A stretch of 64,000 nt of DNA from the NCBI RefSeq assembly GCF_902652985.1, contig NC_047019.1, forward strand, positions 9,238,001 through 9,302,000, read 5' to 3'. This stretch comes from Pecten maximus. Lineage: Eukaryota. Shown in pieces: positions 51,901 to 63,704 of the stretch. The first letter of the stretch is position 1, and every line of letters starts with the position of its first letter. Both the position numbers and the translations under genes were made by a program. The notes beneath the pieces were generated by a model, which made no database searches, had not been told where the DNA came from, and saw nothing but the letters and a program-made list of their open reading frames with translations.

Positions 51901-53543
51901 ATATACTGTATAATTCGTCTAAAAATCACATCTTCATTCCGGACCGGGTGTTTTTCATAGATTTATATTTGATACAATTAAGATAAACAATCGGGACGAA
52001 GTGGACCACAACTTGAGACATTTGGAAACTTCTGACAAAGTTATCTGGGGTCGGTTCGTTATCAACTTGACAACAATGCGAATGTGTCTTTAGGCATTGG
52101 CAACATATATCGTTTCTAAACCCAAATTAATATTCATTTAAGGTGGAAATGGTTTCAAGCAAACTCCATTTTTTTTGTGGGGGTGTTTTTGTTTTGTTTT
52201 GTTTGTTTTCAAATACATGACATATCATTTTCCTGACTCGTTCTGACTTACAATGCATAATCAGGAACGTGTATATCAAAACGTGGAATATATTCACGAC
52301 AGTACAAACGAATTCATGTATGTCAATTTTCTCAATTGATTCAGAGACCTATATACTATATACTATAGTATATAGGTCTCTGATTGATTGCATGGTTAGT
52401 TTAAAATGGCGTTTTGCTTTTTTTCCTTTTTTCTCCAGACCAGCACATCTTTGTACTTGTCCTGACAGGAGACATAGAGTTGGTTACAGATCCACCAATG
52501 GACTGGGAACACATACTAGGACCAGGCCGTGTATTCTGTAAGTACATTGGAAAACGAACATCCTGGGCAACCCGATGGAATAAAACTTCAATTAATGTTG
52601 AGATGATTTGTCTTTCATAATTGATTACGGTATAAACAAATGTGAATACTTTCGAGCTGATAATTAATAAAGTAATTTCGTTTACTAAAATGCTTAACTG
52701 GATATGATGAAACGAATTCCAATGTCCTTCAACATCTTTTAAAGTAGCTGCGATAACGTACGATTTCTAATAGATGGTCGTCGTCAGAGAGCAGTGTAGA
52801 CAGGGTATAAATATTTTTAAATTAAGGTGCATCAGTTTGAGCCACAAAATGCAATTCATCTTTGATTTTTTGTACAAATAAACTATAATGAACTAAAATA
52901 AGGTCACACTTTCGATGTCGAGATTCCGGATAAATTTCCCCATAACCTTACGTAATTACATATTACATACAGTGTTTTGAACACCGAATTGCATACTTTT
53001 TATAGTCAAGATTCAAGACTGAAAGGCTAGTTCAAGGCTTTTCAAGACGATATAGCTAAAATTCAAGCAAATACTTTTCAAGACTATGCACCTTGGAAAA
53101 ATAATTCAATATACCTTGTGAAATCAGAGCAATTAATTAATGTGCAAAGTAAATTAGATCCGTGCAAGTCATAAATCATGAAGGATTGTGGTTCTGGGTT
53201 TAAATCTAGTCAACTCGGCTAATTAACTCATGTTTAGCCGAGTTTCCTCTGGCCCTGACACCATGTGTGATACACCAGACATGCATGGTGTCAGGGCAAG
53301 TGTCCCAGACATGGTGTATGGGTCAGAGGAAACTCGGACTAACCCATTCAAGTTACACCTTATATTAACATTGCCACAACTTGTTCTTCAGGTCGCTGCG
53401 ATTGGATGGAGGACATTGGTCAACTCGAAGCTGTTGGTCATTGTCTGGTGGTCAAGATGACCCATAATGATGTGTTCCAGGCCATCGATTCCAGCCCAGG
53501 CTCCGTCCTTACTTACCCACCTGAGCCTGAGCACATCCCATAA
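45934..53543 (+). CDS. Cyclic nucleotide-binding domain protein (three CNB-like repeats, MGNKES N-terminus), 10 exons, ~484 aa; 1-nt frameshift in exon 6 as assembled
   Basis: Exons 45934-46107, 46963-47089, 47531-47859 (GIFIIDEGRVEV..GDYFGEASVMYKVPCTATVR), 48303-48451, 48795-48874, 49294-49395, 50228-50338, 51604-51736, 52439-52537 and 53392-53543. All GT-AG with consistent phases except one extra base near 49329. Confidence 0.85.
46340..46910. repeat. Compound repeat: (TTG)n alternating with TACAATATAAAGGAAAATTTCGTG, ~14 units
   Basis: Direct inspection; lies in intron 1 of the CNB-domain gene. Confidence 0.95.
48021..48190 (+). mobile_element. 170-bp solo LTR containing a tRNA-Thr(AGT)-like sequence (Helenus-like TRIM)
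   Basis: TGTGGCAGG...CCTGTTACA termini; GAAA 4-bp TSD (48017-48020, 48191-48194); internal TAGCTCAGTCCATAGAGC..CCAGTAA..GGTTCGATCC. Confidence 0.78.
50940..51350. mobile_element. GC-rich nested MITE fragments (Harbinger-like GGATCCGCGCC end)
   Basis: Three repeated ACTAAATTACTG(GA)CCCC..TTTCGA modules and a CCTGGATCCGCGCCTG terminus. Confidence 0.5.
52342..52382. mobile_element. 41-bp hairpin element with 7-bp TSD
   Basis: 19-bp arms CAGAGACCTATATACTATA; ATTGATT at 52335-52341 and 52383-52389. Confidence 0.8.
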
Positions 53544-54979
53544 ATATTGTGATACTGTAAACAATAGCAAATATAATGCAGATTCCTGAAACACGACAGG
53601 AGCTCTGGATTCCTTCATATACATGTACTGGAATGGACAAAAGGGTGTTCTGTGAGAATTTGAAGTCAGCTAGATATGTGACAAGATGCTCCAGCTATGT
53701 CAACTGGCCTGATTTCGTGGGGTCATCCCGATATTGGCCAAACTATTACCTGTCCAACAGTGAAAGAGCTGGAATCTCAACATAGTTCAGTTATCGATCA
53801 GATTAAAAAATAAAGTCCCTTTTTACTCAGCGACTCTTTAAAAATCCTTTCACCCCAAAAGTTTTCAAGGTTTTGAAGGTCTAAAAATAAACACAGACTG
53901 ATCACTGTTAATTGGTAGCATTGTAGATTATTTCATTTTCCTGGTATATCAGTTATATTTTGGAACCGTCTGCCTTTAAAATCTATGTATGTTCATAAAA
54001 TCTATTTCAAATCTATGTATGATAATAAAAAATTGCAGAAACACAAAAATACTTTTGTTTGTTTTCATTTATTTAAAACAAGAAGTTATGATATAATACA
54101 AATAGTATAGCATTTCTTCTTTAATAATCATTTTCCAAAGTACATTTGTACTTTATAAAAGTTTTTTTCATACTGTATACCAGTACAATTAAATATTTGT
54201 GAGTGAATTATTTTCATGACGTTAAGATTTTCATTTCACAACAGTCACAAGTACATGTACATTTTGTATGTTAACTATATATATATAAACCGAGAACACT
54301 CCTTTTGCGGACATATGTCACCACAAAATAGTCCATGAAAATATAACCCTGGAAACTAATCATTGTGAGCAATGAATTGACTTACAGAATCTCTTACCAT
54401 GTTTAGTTTTGTTCTATCTGAACAGGAAGAAAAACAAGAAGTTCACATAAAATATAGGGGCATACATTTCATTATAAGCACCAATGTACACAGACAAGCT
54501 GCTGTCCAAACATCACCACTCATGGACTAATATATTTGCTGAATTGTTTTTAAAACCATATCTTTGCCTGAAAGAGAAGACTTGAGCTCATTTGACCAAT
54601 TTGGGTTTTGGGTCTCAGGCCCTGGAGATGGTGAGGATCGAAATTTTAATCAATGTCTCACCACCAAAGGTTCCTGCATCAATTGTCTCTCTCTCTTCTA
54701 GAAGTCCAAGTTAACCATTTACAGATGGAGATAACACAAAGAGTCCATCATAGTAGGTCACTTGAGACGCTCTCAGATGACATTAATCTGCTAAAAACAA
54801 GGAAAGCGAGGGATTACATATCCCTTTGATAAACTGCGGGAAGTGAATATAAAAGTGTAGGTCTATAGGAACCATAAAATTAATACAAATTTACCATCAA
54901 TGTATTTCTGTAATAGGGCTTCAGTATAGCAAATACATTTACACTGTACAAAACTACATTTAGATTCAAAATTCAATAT

Positions 54980-55071
54980 GTACTCTATTTACCTGCAAAT
55001 AAGCCCCTGCCCACAAATAAGTCTGTTCTTCATTTATGAATATGACAATAAGCCCTCCCCAAACTTTAAAG

Positions 55072-55102
<31 letters not shown>

Positions 55103-55490
55103 TGGGCTTATTTCAGGATAAATATGGTAATGATTTACTAATAAACTTTTACACTAGGGGAGGGGGCTTAATTGAGGATAATTACAGTAATAAACTTTTA
55201 CAATAGGGGAGGGGGCGTATTTGAGGATAAATGCAGTACTAAATTAAACTTTTACACTAGGGGAGGGGCTTAATTGAGGATAATTACAGTAATAAACTTT
55301 TACAATAGGAAAGGGGGCTTATTTGTAGATAAATGCAGTAATAAACTTTTACACTAGGGGAGGGGGCTTATTTGAGGATAAACATGGTACTAAACTTTTA
55401 CACTAGTGGAGGGGGCTTATTTGAGGATTAATGCAGTAATACATTTTTACACTAGGGGAGGGGGCTTATTTGAGGATAAATACAGCATAT
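54980..55490. repeat. MITE (54980-55128) whose right end is tandemly amplified as ~7 units of ~50 bp
   Basis: TATTTACCTGCAAATAAGCCC ... GGGCTTATTTCAGGATAAATATGGTA, then repeats of AAACTTTTACACTAGGGGAGGGGGCTTATTTGAGGATAAATGCAGTA. Confidence 0.75.
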
Positions 55491-55783
55491 GCCATTAATA
55501 CATTATTTAAATGGTTCATTCAACAAATCAAATAATCATAACAAAAAGTACTCCAAGAGTGAACTTTATCACAACTCAACTGGAAAAAAATCCCCTATAA
55601 CAAGCAAGTGAATAATCAAATCTAAAAATAATTTTGGTTAAATTTTCTAATATCTCTTAATTACACATAACAAATGGCATAAACCCCTCACAAAGCTCGG
55701 AAGAAATGTTAATCCAGTCAATCAAGCTGTCAAATGCCAAAATTATCGGAACTGTTGAAAATGAAAACCTATATACAGTACTT

Positions 55784-58700
55784 CTATGCAATCCGTTTCC
55801 TTTTGTAGGAACCCATGCTTGGAGACCCAGCCGCGGGTGGGCTGACGTCATTCTTGTGAGAATTTCTAAACCCACTTGGTTGTGGTCCGTTCTTCCTGTA
55901 CACCTTTTCACCTCGTCTTTCCGAGTGAAATGACTCCTGCACCATCCCTTCCTTATCGTATCTCACTGGTTCTGTGTCCATTCTACTGCCTCGGACGATT
56001 TCTTTTTCAATCCTGCTTCCTCGCACAGCTTCTTTGTCCATGCGATTTCCTCGATTGGCTTCTTTGTCGATCCGATTTCCTCTCATCATGTCTGTCTCCT
56101 GTCTTTTTTCTCTGACGATTTCTGCGTCTAGCCTGCTGGCTGGTGGAGGACGATTTTCGACCTCTGCTATATGGGTACTGGACTCCAATAAGTCAACTCT
56201 GTGGTCTAAACTCACTATGACAGTCTGGAGCTAAATAAAACAAACCAAGTCAGAATCAAAAGCATGATACCCATGACAATATCCACACATCTGTACGGTC
56301 TATTTTAGTTTAACGTCCTAGTAACAGCCAGGGTCATTTAAGGACGTGCGAGGTTTGAAAGGTAGAGGAAAGCATGAGTACCCGGAGAAAAACCACCAAC
56401 CTAGTCAGTACCTGGGAACTGCCCCACTTAGCTTTCGAACACTTTAACCATTCGGCCACCGCAGCCCCTAAAAAAAATCTGCATTTATGGCAGCAAATCT
56501 TTAAAAGATTAAATGACGGTTATTTCCCCTAATGGGATAACATCTTTACATGGATGCTTCTGAGGGCAAGAACTGCCATTTACATAGCAATGAGTCTCCT
56601 TCAACCAGACCAATGAGGAAAATCCCTTAATCTGTACAGAAGATAAAGGATTTTAAAGATAAACTTTTACTTCCAGTCGACTCAGTTGTAAATGAGTGTG
56701 TGGTAGTGCAGTGAAAGAAATGTCATGTGTAAGCTGCTGGCGCCGAAATGGATGTATACTCCCCAGGAAGTTGAGAAAGACAATGGCTGGTTCCTAAAGG
56801 CCCAATAACCACGGATAATAATTTGTGAGCCGCTTTGAGAGACATGCAGCTATGGTGCTGTGATATAGTGGTGTATAAAACACAAAATTATTATCATTAT
56901 TAGGCCAATGTGCCTGCCATCTTTTACATCTGATATTTACATTGATACTGATTCCCCTAAGCTTTCACCCAACAAAGCCCAAGACCATCATAATATAATT
57001 TCATCATAATACCAGTGACTTCATAGTAACGTATTTGGGAGAGACGTGACCATCATGAGGGCAAGCAAACTGAATTAAATGCCTGCAAACATAAAGAACA
57101 ATACACAGGCTTTTTACCTTTGAATTTTGCCGTTGTATTGTTATTATTATATAAACGACAGATTTGAAATTATGAATTTTCAAGTCTGAACCACAAATTG
57201 ATACTCAAGAAAACAAAGGTCGTAGACAGGGATAAAAAAAAATGCCACCATATACATTTTTGTATAGATATAAAATATATATAACATGTATATAGTAACA
57301 TAACAAATATGTTTATAGTGTTTAAATGTTCTTATTTTTTTACCAAGGAAGTTAGTCATGCGGTAAATGTATTAGGTGATATATGTATGTGTTTGTCCTC
57401 CCCAATCTTGTAAATTTTGTGACCTTTATGCTGTATTGCATTTCAATTCAAGAAAACTTGAACTTTCAATAAATCTTATACCAAAACCTCAGTGATGGAC
57501 CAGTGAGGGTTGTGGGGGTTAATCCGCTCCCTGCTTTAAATTACTAGTAGACATGCCAACGTTTTAAAGTAAGAACCGCCTCGTCAAAATTGGAGTCATT
57601 CTGTTAAAGTATTGGATCAATCCTTCAAATTTCGTACTATTTACAGCTTGTATCAACCCTAGCCTAGTCACACATCTACTTTTGTTTCAATATGAGCATC
57701 AGTTATCTGCCATGTCTTTTTTAAGATACCTTTTTGAGTTCTTTTAAAAGCTCTTTGACACTGGGTAGGGTGACAAGGTCATTGATGTTCACATCGTCTT
57801 CTTGGGTACAACTTCCAAAAGTGTAACTGAAATTGAAAGGAAGGGACACAATTTTATAAAATATTCAATGTTTCCTAAAAATGACATTATCATAATCCCA
57901 GGATAGGAAGGACAAGCCCAAGGAATTTTTTTATTTTTTTTTAAATATCTAGAAATATTCTATCAATTCTATAATATAGCCAAGCTATATATTGCTGCTA
58001 GTATTAACCTGGGTTACAATAAGATATACTACTGTAGTATTTATTTTATAAACTGAAATTCCAAATACAATTTAGATTCCACCTGTTACCCCCACCATGT
58101 ATGATAAAGTGACATTTTTTCCTTCGACAAGCATATTTTTTTTAACTTGGTGGAAAAGTCACCTTTATGGTCAACAGTTATATATCATAATAGTTTATCA
58201 GAGTTGTTCCCTAATACAGGGCTTTTTGGGGCCGTTAATTGGTCCCATTCCTAATTAAAATTATTTCATATTTAAGCCAATTTCCCAAAACTTGCAGTTC
58301 ACTCCTGACAAAATCTTTCCCAATTCATCAATTTTCCTCCAAAAATGAGACAAAAAGGCCCCTTCCCAAATCAGTGAGAAAAAGCCCTGTAATATCAATG
58401 TTTTGAGCAGGATTTTTATAGGTTTAAATGTACTGAGTGATTTTAATTGCATAACGACATAAGGTCAAGGGTCAGGATTATATAACTTAAATACAATTTA
58501 TAAATCATGGTCATATGACATCAGCAATAAGTTCAATAATAACTATTTGTTGAAATTGTTTGCATCAGATGCATAATTTGAAATATACTGATTACATTAA
58601 GAAGAAAAGTGCACGACAGATCTGGCTTTTTGTGGGATTCAGCATTTTTTCTGATTATGGGAAGAAAATTTGTGAATTGAGAAAGGAATTTTTAAGAATA

Positions 58701-60862
58701 AATCGTAATTTTTTGGAATTTAGCATAAATGTGAAATATTTTCATTAGAAATCGGGGTGTAAAGCCGTCAGAAAAAGCCCTAGATTTGTCCAGGCACATA
58801 AAGTGTAATTGTATCCAGAGAATTCAGTTGCTATACTTTACCTGGAGATTTTTTCCACATACAGCGTGTAGACGTCCCGCATGTGGTCCAGGTTTCCGGG
58901 CGTGGTTCTATACATGCGACCCAGGTCACTCTTACATATCTCACACTGCAGCATATTGTATGTACTACAAATAAAATCCAAATATATGACATTTACCTTG
59001 TCCTGATAAAACACAGATGGACACTTTTACAAACCCAGTGTTCACTGTTTATACTAAGCTGTCATTGCCCATGTAATGAAATATCTGAAAACTACAAAAT
59101 TTCAAAATTTCAAACTTAAATCCTAAATAATATCTATACATGTGTATATGTATATCCATCTTAACTGAAATTGATACATAGTTAGACAGGGCTCAAAGTG
59201 GCGCCTATTTAAATGGCCATGCTGCCTTAAATTCACCATTGGCGACCAGTTATTGACCTATAAGGTGCCTGCATGGCCACTAAAAAATTGTGTAAATTTG
59301 CAGTTTGGTTAATCTTTCAAATGTTGCAGTCAATGCTACAATAACATTCACAATCGAAAAAGTTACAGAGAGATGGTACATGTATACTGTATTAAAGAAT
59401 GCCGGATGCTCTACCAATTGAGCTACTTGGTCGTCGATGATCGACCCAGTCCAGCTCCGCTGACTCTTCCCTCCCTTTTTAAAGTCTTCGACCCCGAAGA
59501 CCTAACAAATCACAACCCAGATTCAGGTATCCCCTTGTCAAGTATTCACCTCACTTGAAACAAGGTTTGGTCACAGACACCAAATGTAGTAGGAGCGGAA
59601 AAATGCATGGTCAGACTGGATTTTGAACCCGGGACCTCCGAACACTAGCCGACGCGCATGCTCTACCAATTGAGCTACCTGGTCGCTGATGAATGACCTG
59701 GTCCAGCTCCCAGCAATCCCAAGCATGCAAACATTTATAATACTTTCATTCGTACAGATAAATCTCTAAAGACTCTTAACAATAACCCAGTCATAACACG
59801 ATAATTAAAAGAGTCTTGCTCTTGCATATACATGTGTAATATCAAACAGTACCTTCCCAAATCTGTGCCTGTTTTAGATGTGATCAGTCTGTCTTTAATT
59901 TCCACTTTTTTGCTTACATCTGAAAAAAGAAAATACATTGAAGTAATTCACACACTCAATTTTTATTTGCTGATAGAAGAAAACAAATAAAATTGAATCA
60001 GCTACTGGCCACTTGGTTATTGTGTCGCCTGCGAAGCATGGTGGACTAATAGAATCTTTCCCTGCCTTGGGGGAGTGACAGAGAAATCTCAACCCTGAGG
60101 GAGAATTCATGAACGCCCAACCCCAGGCCTTGTCGCGAGTTGGACATTCATGAATTACCCCAGGAGATAAATCAGAGAAATACACAATAAGCCTAGGTAT
60201 CACTTGTTGTTTTCACTCATTAGCAGTCATACTTTAGTTTTCTGGACTTTTTTTGTTTGTCTTTTTCCACATCAATTTGTTACTTAGTAGATTCTATGTG
60301 GCTTTGTCATAAAAAAATTACAGTTTGAGTTCGAACCCTGTGTTGGTATCAATATTGTTTCCCTTTTTTTCTGGAGTTATGGCCCTTTGCACATACAAAA
60401 CTATCGTAACGGTAATTGCCTATTTTCTGGAGGAAAAAATTGCTTTAATATTTTAAACACATTTGACCCTGTAACCTTAAAAGTGGGTCGAGGCCATTCA
60501 TTTAAATAGACAAATCACATTGTCAGCAAATAAATAAAGCATTTATAAAACCAGAGACCTATATAGTATATAGGTCTCTGATAAAACTAAATAAATATTC
60601 AATATTAAAGTAATGGAAATTAACGGTACAATAACAGTACTATCATCCTAGCTAACTGTTGATAACTGTTGGTTGGGCCGATACACTTACACTTTAAGCT
60701 GATAGTACGCAATATTTCGTTAGAGCCTGTCCACGAAGATGAGTCTCCGACGATGGAATTACACTGGCTGCACTGAAAGACGACCCGCTCCAAATCATCA
60801 TTTTGTTCATGTGCTGTAGATTCCTCTAAAGTGTCATTCGATTCTGAGCGGCTATCTGACAT
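55784..60862 (-). CDS. MIS18A: Mis18-alpha-like (Yippee/Mis18 zinc-binding domain) centromere licensing protein, 5 exons, 301 aa
   Basis: Exons 60862-60691 (VVFQCSQCNSIVGDS), 59919-59853, 58964-58842 (LQCEICKSDLGRMYRTTPGNLDHMRD), 57826-57730 (YTFGS..) and 56230-55784. GT-AG introns, phases 1/2/2/0, 906 nt. Two CxxC motifs plus a C-terminal coiled helix. Confidence 0.92.
56303..56468 (-). mobile_element. V-type SINE family A with an internal deletion in the tRNA head
   Basis: Matches the other copies but lacks ~40 nt between the A and B boxes. Confidence 0.8.
58217..58389. mobile_element. MITE with CAGGGCTTTTT TIRs (hAT-like); degenerate relative at ~58624-58782
   Basis: CAGGGCTTTTT / AAAAAGCCCTG termini; TAATA on both flanks. 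Confidence 0.65.
59398..59715 (-). mobile_element. TRIM with tRNA-Thr-like LTRs (Helenus-like): LTR-PBS-internal-PPT-truncated LTR
   Basis: Minus strand: LTR 59715-59585 (GGTAGCTCAATTGGTAGAGC..CTAGTGT..GGGTTCAAAATCC..CTACA), PBS TTTGGTGTCTGTGACC, PPT AAAAAGGGAGGGAAGAG (59480-59464), second LTR starting at 59463 repeats GGAGCTGGAC..GTAGCTCAATTGGTAGAGCAT. Confidence 0.82.
60552..60580. mobile_element. 29-bp hairpin element with 7-bp TSD
   Basis: CAGAGACCTATATA-G-TATATAGGTCTCTG; ATAAAAC at 60545-60551 and 60581-60587. Confidence 0.8.
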
Positions 60863-60930
60863 CACTACGTTGTTTTAATGCGGTGGCTGGATAGGTAGGC
60901 AGTGCTAGGTGTCGGCAAGATGACAAAACA

Positions 60931-60938
60931 GCGCCAAA
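60931..60938 (-). promoter_or_regulatory. E2F-like site TTTGGCGC ~70 bp upstream of the MIS18A ATG
   Basis: Exact TTTSSCGC match in a CpG-richer stretch upstream of a cell-cycle gene. Confidence 0.5.
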
Positions 60939-61198
60939 TTTGTTTATATTCGGCGCCGTGACATACAAACACCGATAAATAAGAGGTGCTTCCTAAAGTC
61001 AGGAAAGGCTGACGTAATAATAAAAGCAGCAACGTCTGCCATGAACGTCAACGAGCGTCTATCACACCGACTTAACGGCTAATTCCACAGTCAAGTATTG
61101 CGTGACTTTTGACCTGCTGTCTCTGATAGTTATACTATTTTAAAGATGTAATACACTTAGATTATCTATATTCTAAGGCACAGAGACTTTCTAATTTG

Positions 61199-61455
61199 TT
61201 ACAGTCTACATGTATTTGGACCCTCCCTAGTGTGTATAGNNNNNNNNNNNNNNNNNNNNNNNNNNNNNNNNNNNNNNNNNNNNNNNNNNNNNNNNNNNNN
61301 NNNNNNNNNNNNNNNNNNNNNNNNNNNNNNNNNNNNNNNNNNNNNNNNNNNNNNNNNNNNNNNNNNNNTTTAATCTAACCCCCCCCCCCTTAAAAAAATT
61401 CTCAAAATGTGTGCTATACACAGCAGGGAAGGTCCAAATACATGTAGACTGTAAC
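61199..61455. mobile_element. TIR element spanning an assembly gap
   Basis: TTACAGTCTACATGTATTTGGACC.TCCCT / AGGGAAGGTCCAAATACATGTAGACTGTAA on either side of the N run. Confidence 0.65.
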
Positions 61456-62752
61456 TAATTCTCAAGTCCCTGTGATCTAAGTCTATTTTTTCACATTATT
61501 TATTTTCACAAACTTTGTCTGATGTCATCCAATGAAGCTACCAGACGAATGACTTGGTTCTATGCATAGTGGTTAATCGGACAATGTCAATGTTTATTTT
61601 GAGTGTTTTAACAAATTTAAATCCTTTGACATCTATTCCCAAACGTTGAAGTGTCATTCAAGGAGACTACCAGACAAATGTAATGATTATAGGCCTTTCG
61701 GCTGATGAGAAGCTGTTTGAGTGGTTTAGAAATTGACCGGTGACCTTGAATAGGTTAGTCATTTCTATTCACAATTTTTGTTGGGATTCACCTCGGTAGA
61801 GACTAACGGCTTAATATGATGATTCCAGGCTTTTCGGTTTTTAAGAAGAAGTCGTTTAAACGCTAGACGGACGGACGACGGACGCAGCGCCTTCTGGTCA
61901 GAGTAGGCTAAATGGTGAAGGCACTTTTACACAGATTAGCACACAAACATTCGGAGAGTCCTAAAATATTACTAACGTGGAATATACAGTATTCGTACCT
62001 TAAATAACGTGTTTCGTGACCCAACTGATACATTTGTGAGTATCATATTAATTTCCCTGTCATCAAAACGAAGATAGCTTAATGGAAATAAGTTTTAGAC
62101 ATGTTTAAACTAGCCCGAGTTTCTTCTGGCCCTGATACAATGTCTAAAATGACATGGTGTCAGGTCCAGAGGTAACTCGGGCAAGTTTTAAACATGTCCA
62201 AGGACGGTATAGATCTAGAGGTTTTCTCCAAATCATTCCATAAGTAAAACACTGAGTGTAAAAAAATGACGGGTTACCGCGTCATTTTCATTTCTAAGAG
62301 GATAAATGTTCTGTCCAACTTTGTGGGGCAAAACTGGAGCCTTACGAAAGTCTGATATTAAAAAGCATTCCGTCTGTCAAAGAGCTGTATACTCTTTTCT
62401 TCTTTTACGACTATCAGAAAATGTTTCGGTCCTTTTTCCAAATACAGAGAATCGCTAACCAGTTATGAAAGTAAAATTTGAATTTCTGATGAGTACAAAA
62501 TAAGTTTAAAAAACCCGCAAGATTTGACATTGTCTTATTGATTTCAAAATGCTATAACGAATTTCGGATATAACGAACTGCTTCATCTGGTCCGGTGGAA
62601 TTCTTTTCAAACAAGTTTTACCGGTACTGAACTTTATTTGTTTAAACGGGTATAGGGAAATATCAAAAACGAAAATTCACCAATAGCAAAGGGCACAACT
62701 AGAACAGAAGCTTGACTTGTTTGAACGGTTTTCAAGTTGTAGTCCAGAATTA

Positions 62753-62847
62753 CAATCTGATTAAAATCAGCTGTCACATGGCTACGTTTACTAGTGCATA
62801 GTAAACGTAGCCATGCCAGTAACAGCTAGCTGATTTTAATCAGATTG
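62753..62847. mobile_element. 95-bp foldback MITE with 9-bp TSD
   Basis: CAATCTGATTAAAATCAGCT / AGCTGATTTTAATCAGATTG termini; inner hairpin CATGGCTACGTTTACTA / TAGTAAACGTAGCCATG; CCAGAATTA at 62744-62752 and 62848-62856. Confidence 0.88.
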
Positions 62848-63704
62848 CCAGAATTATACGCTACGAACACAACTTATAATACCCCGCAAACGCATTTCGC
62901 GAGGGACAAAAATGGTACAAGAACCCAAGTATACTTGATTTTTTTTAGACGAAATGTTTCTGTGAATTATAAAATACATGTAATTAACAAACTGATAAAA
63001 CAATTAACAGAAACTCGACAATGAATCTCTGGGGTTCGTTATTGTTTGTGGTTCAAAATAACACCACCTTGTTGAAGGCTTGTAAAACTTGATATATTGC
63101 GCTCTTATAAGTGGCATATAGTGATATTTTAGTCATTTCCAAAACTAACTAATATAAGCTAACTACGTGTAACTGTAACTAGGCCTAGCTTGTAGAATTG
63201 CGGCCTTGGAAGTCACATTTTAAGTGGAAACTAACTACTGTAACTTACAAACTGTTAGTTAATAACTAACTAAAACTATAACCACTTTAACCAGCAGAAT
63301 ATATTCCATCAATAGTTAACATCATATATGTCACCCCAAAAATATATCATGGTAATAATTGAAATATAACATTTCATCAAATTTCAATTCTAAAACACTC
63401 TTTTATCAGGAATACATATATAGCATCAAATGCATCGTTTGTTTGTTTGTTTGTTTTTGTTTTTTTGTTTTTTTTCCCCGCCAGCATCAATTATTTGACA
63501 GCTGTATATTCATATTCACCAAGTCAAGAAAATAATTTCTGGTTTGAATTTGAGTTTTTACACAGTATTGTATGTTGCAGTTGGAACATTTGGCCTACCG
63601 GGCTCTCCCAGGAGTTCCAAACCGCCCGGACTGTGGTTAGTTACTCGCTAAAGTGAAAATAGAATGATGGCTGCCGACCGACAACTGGCATTGCGGTGAC
63701 CGTC

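Noticed and set aside
55784-60862. Link between the centromere gene MIS18A and the nearby satellites
   Set aside because: The arrays are kb-scale intronic or intergenic repeats in gene-rich DNA; proximity is most simply coincidence.
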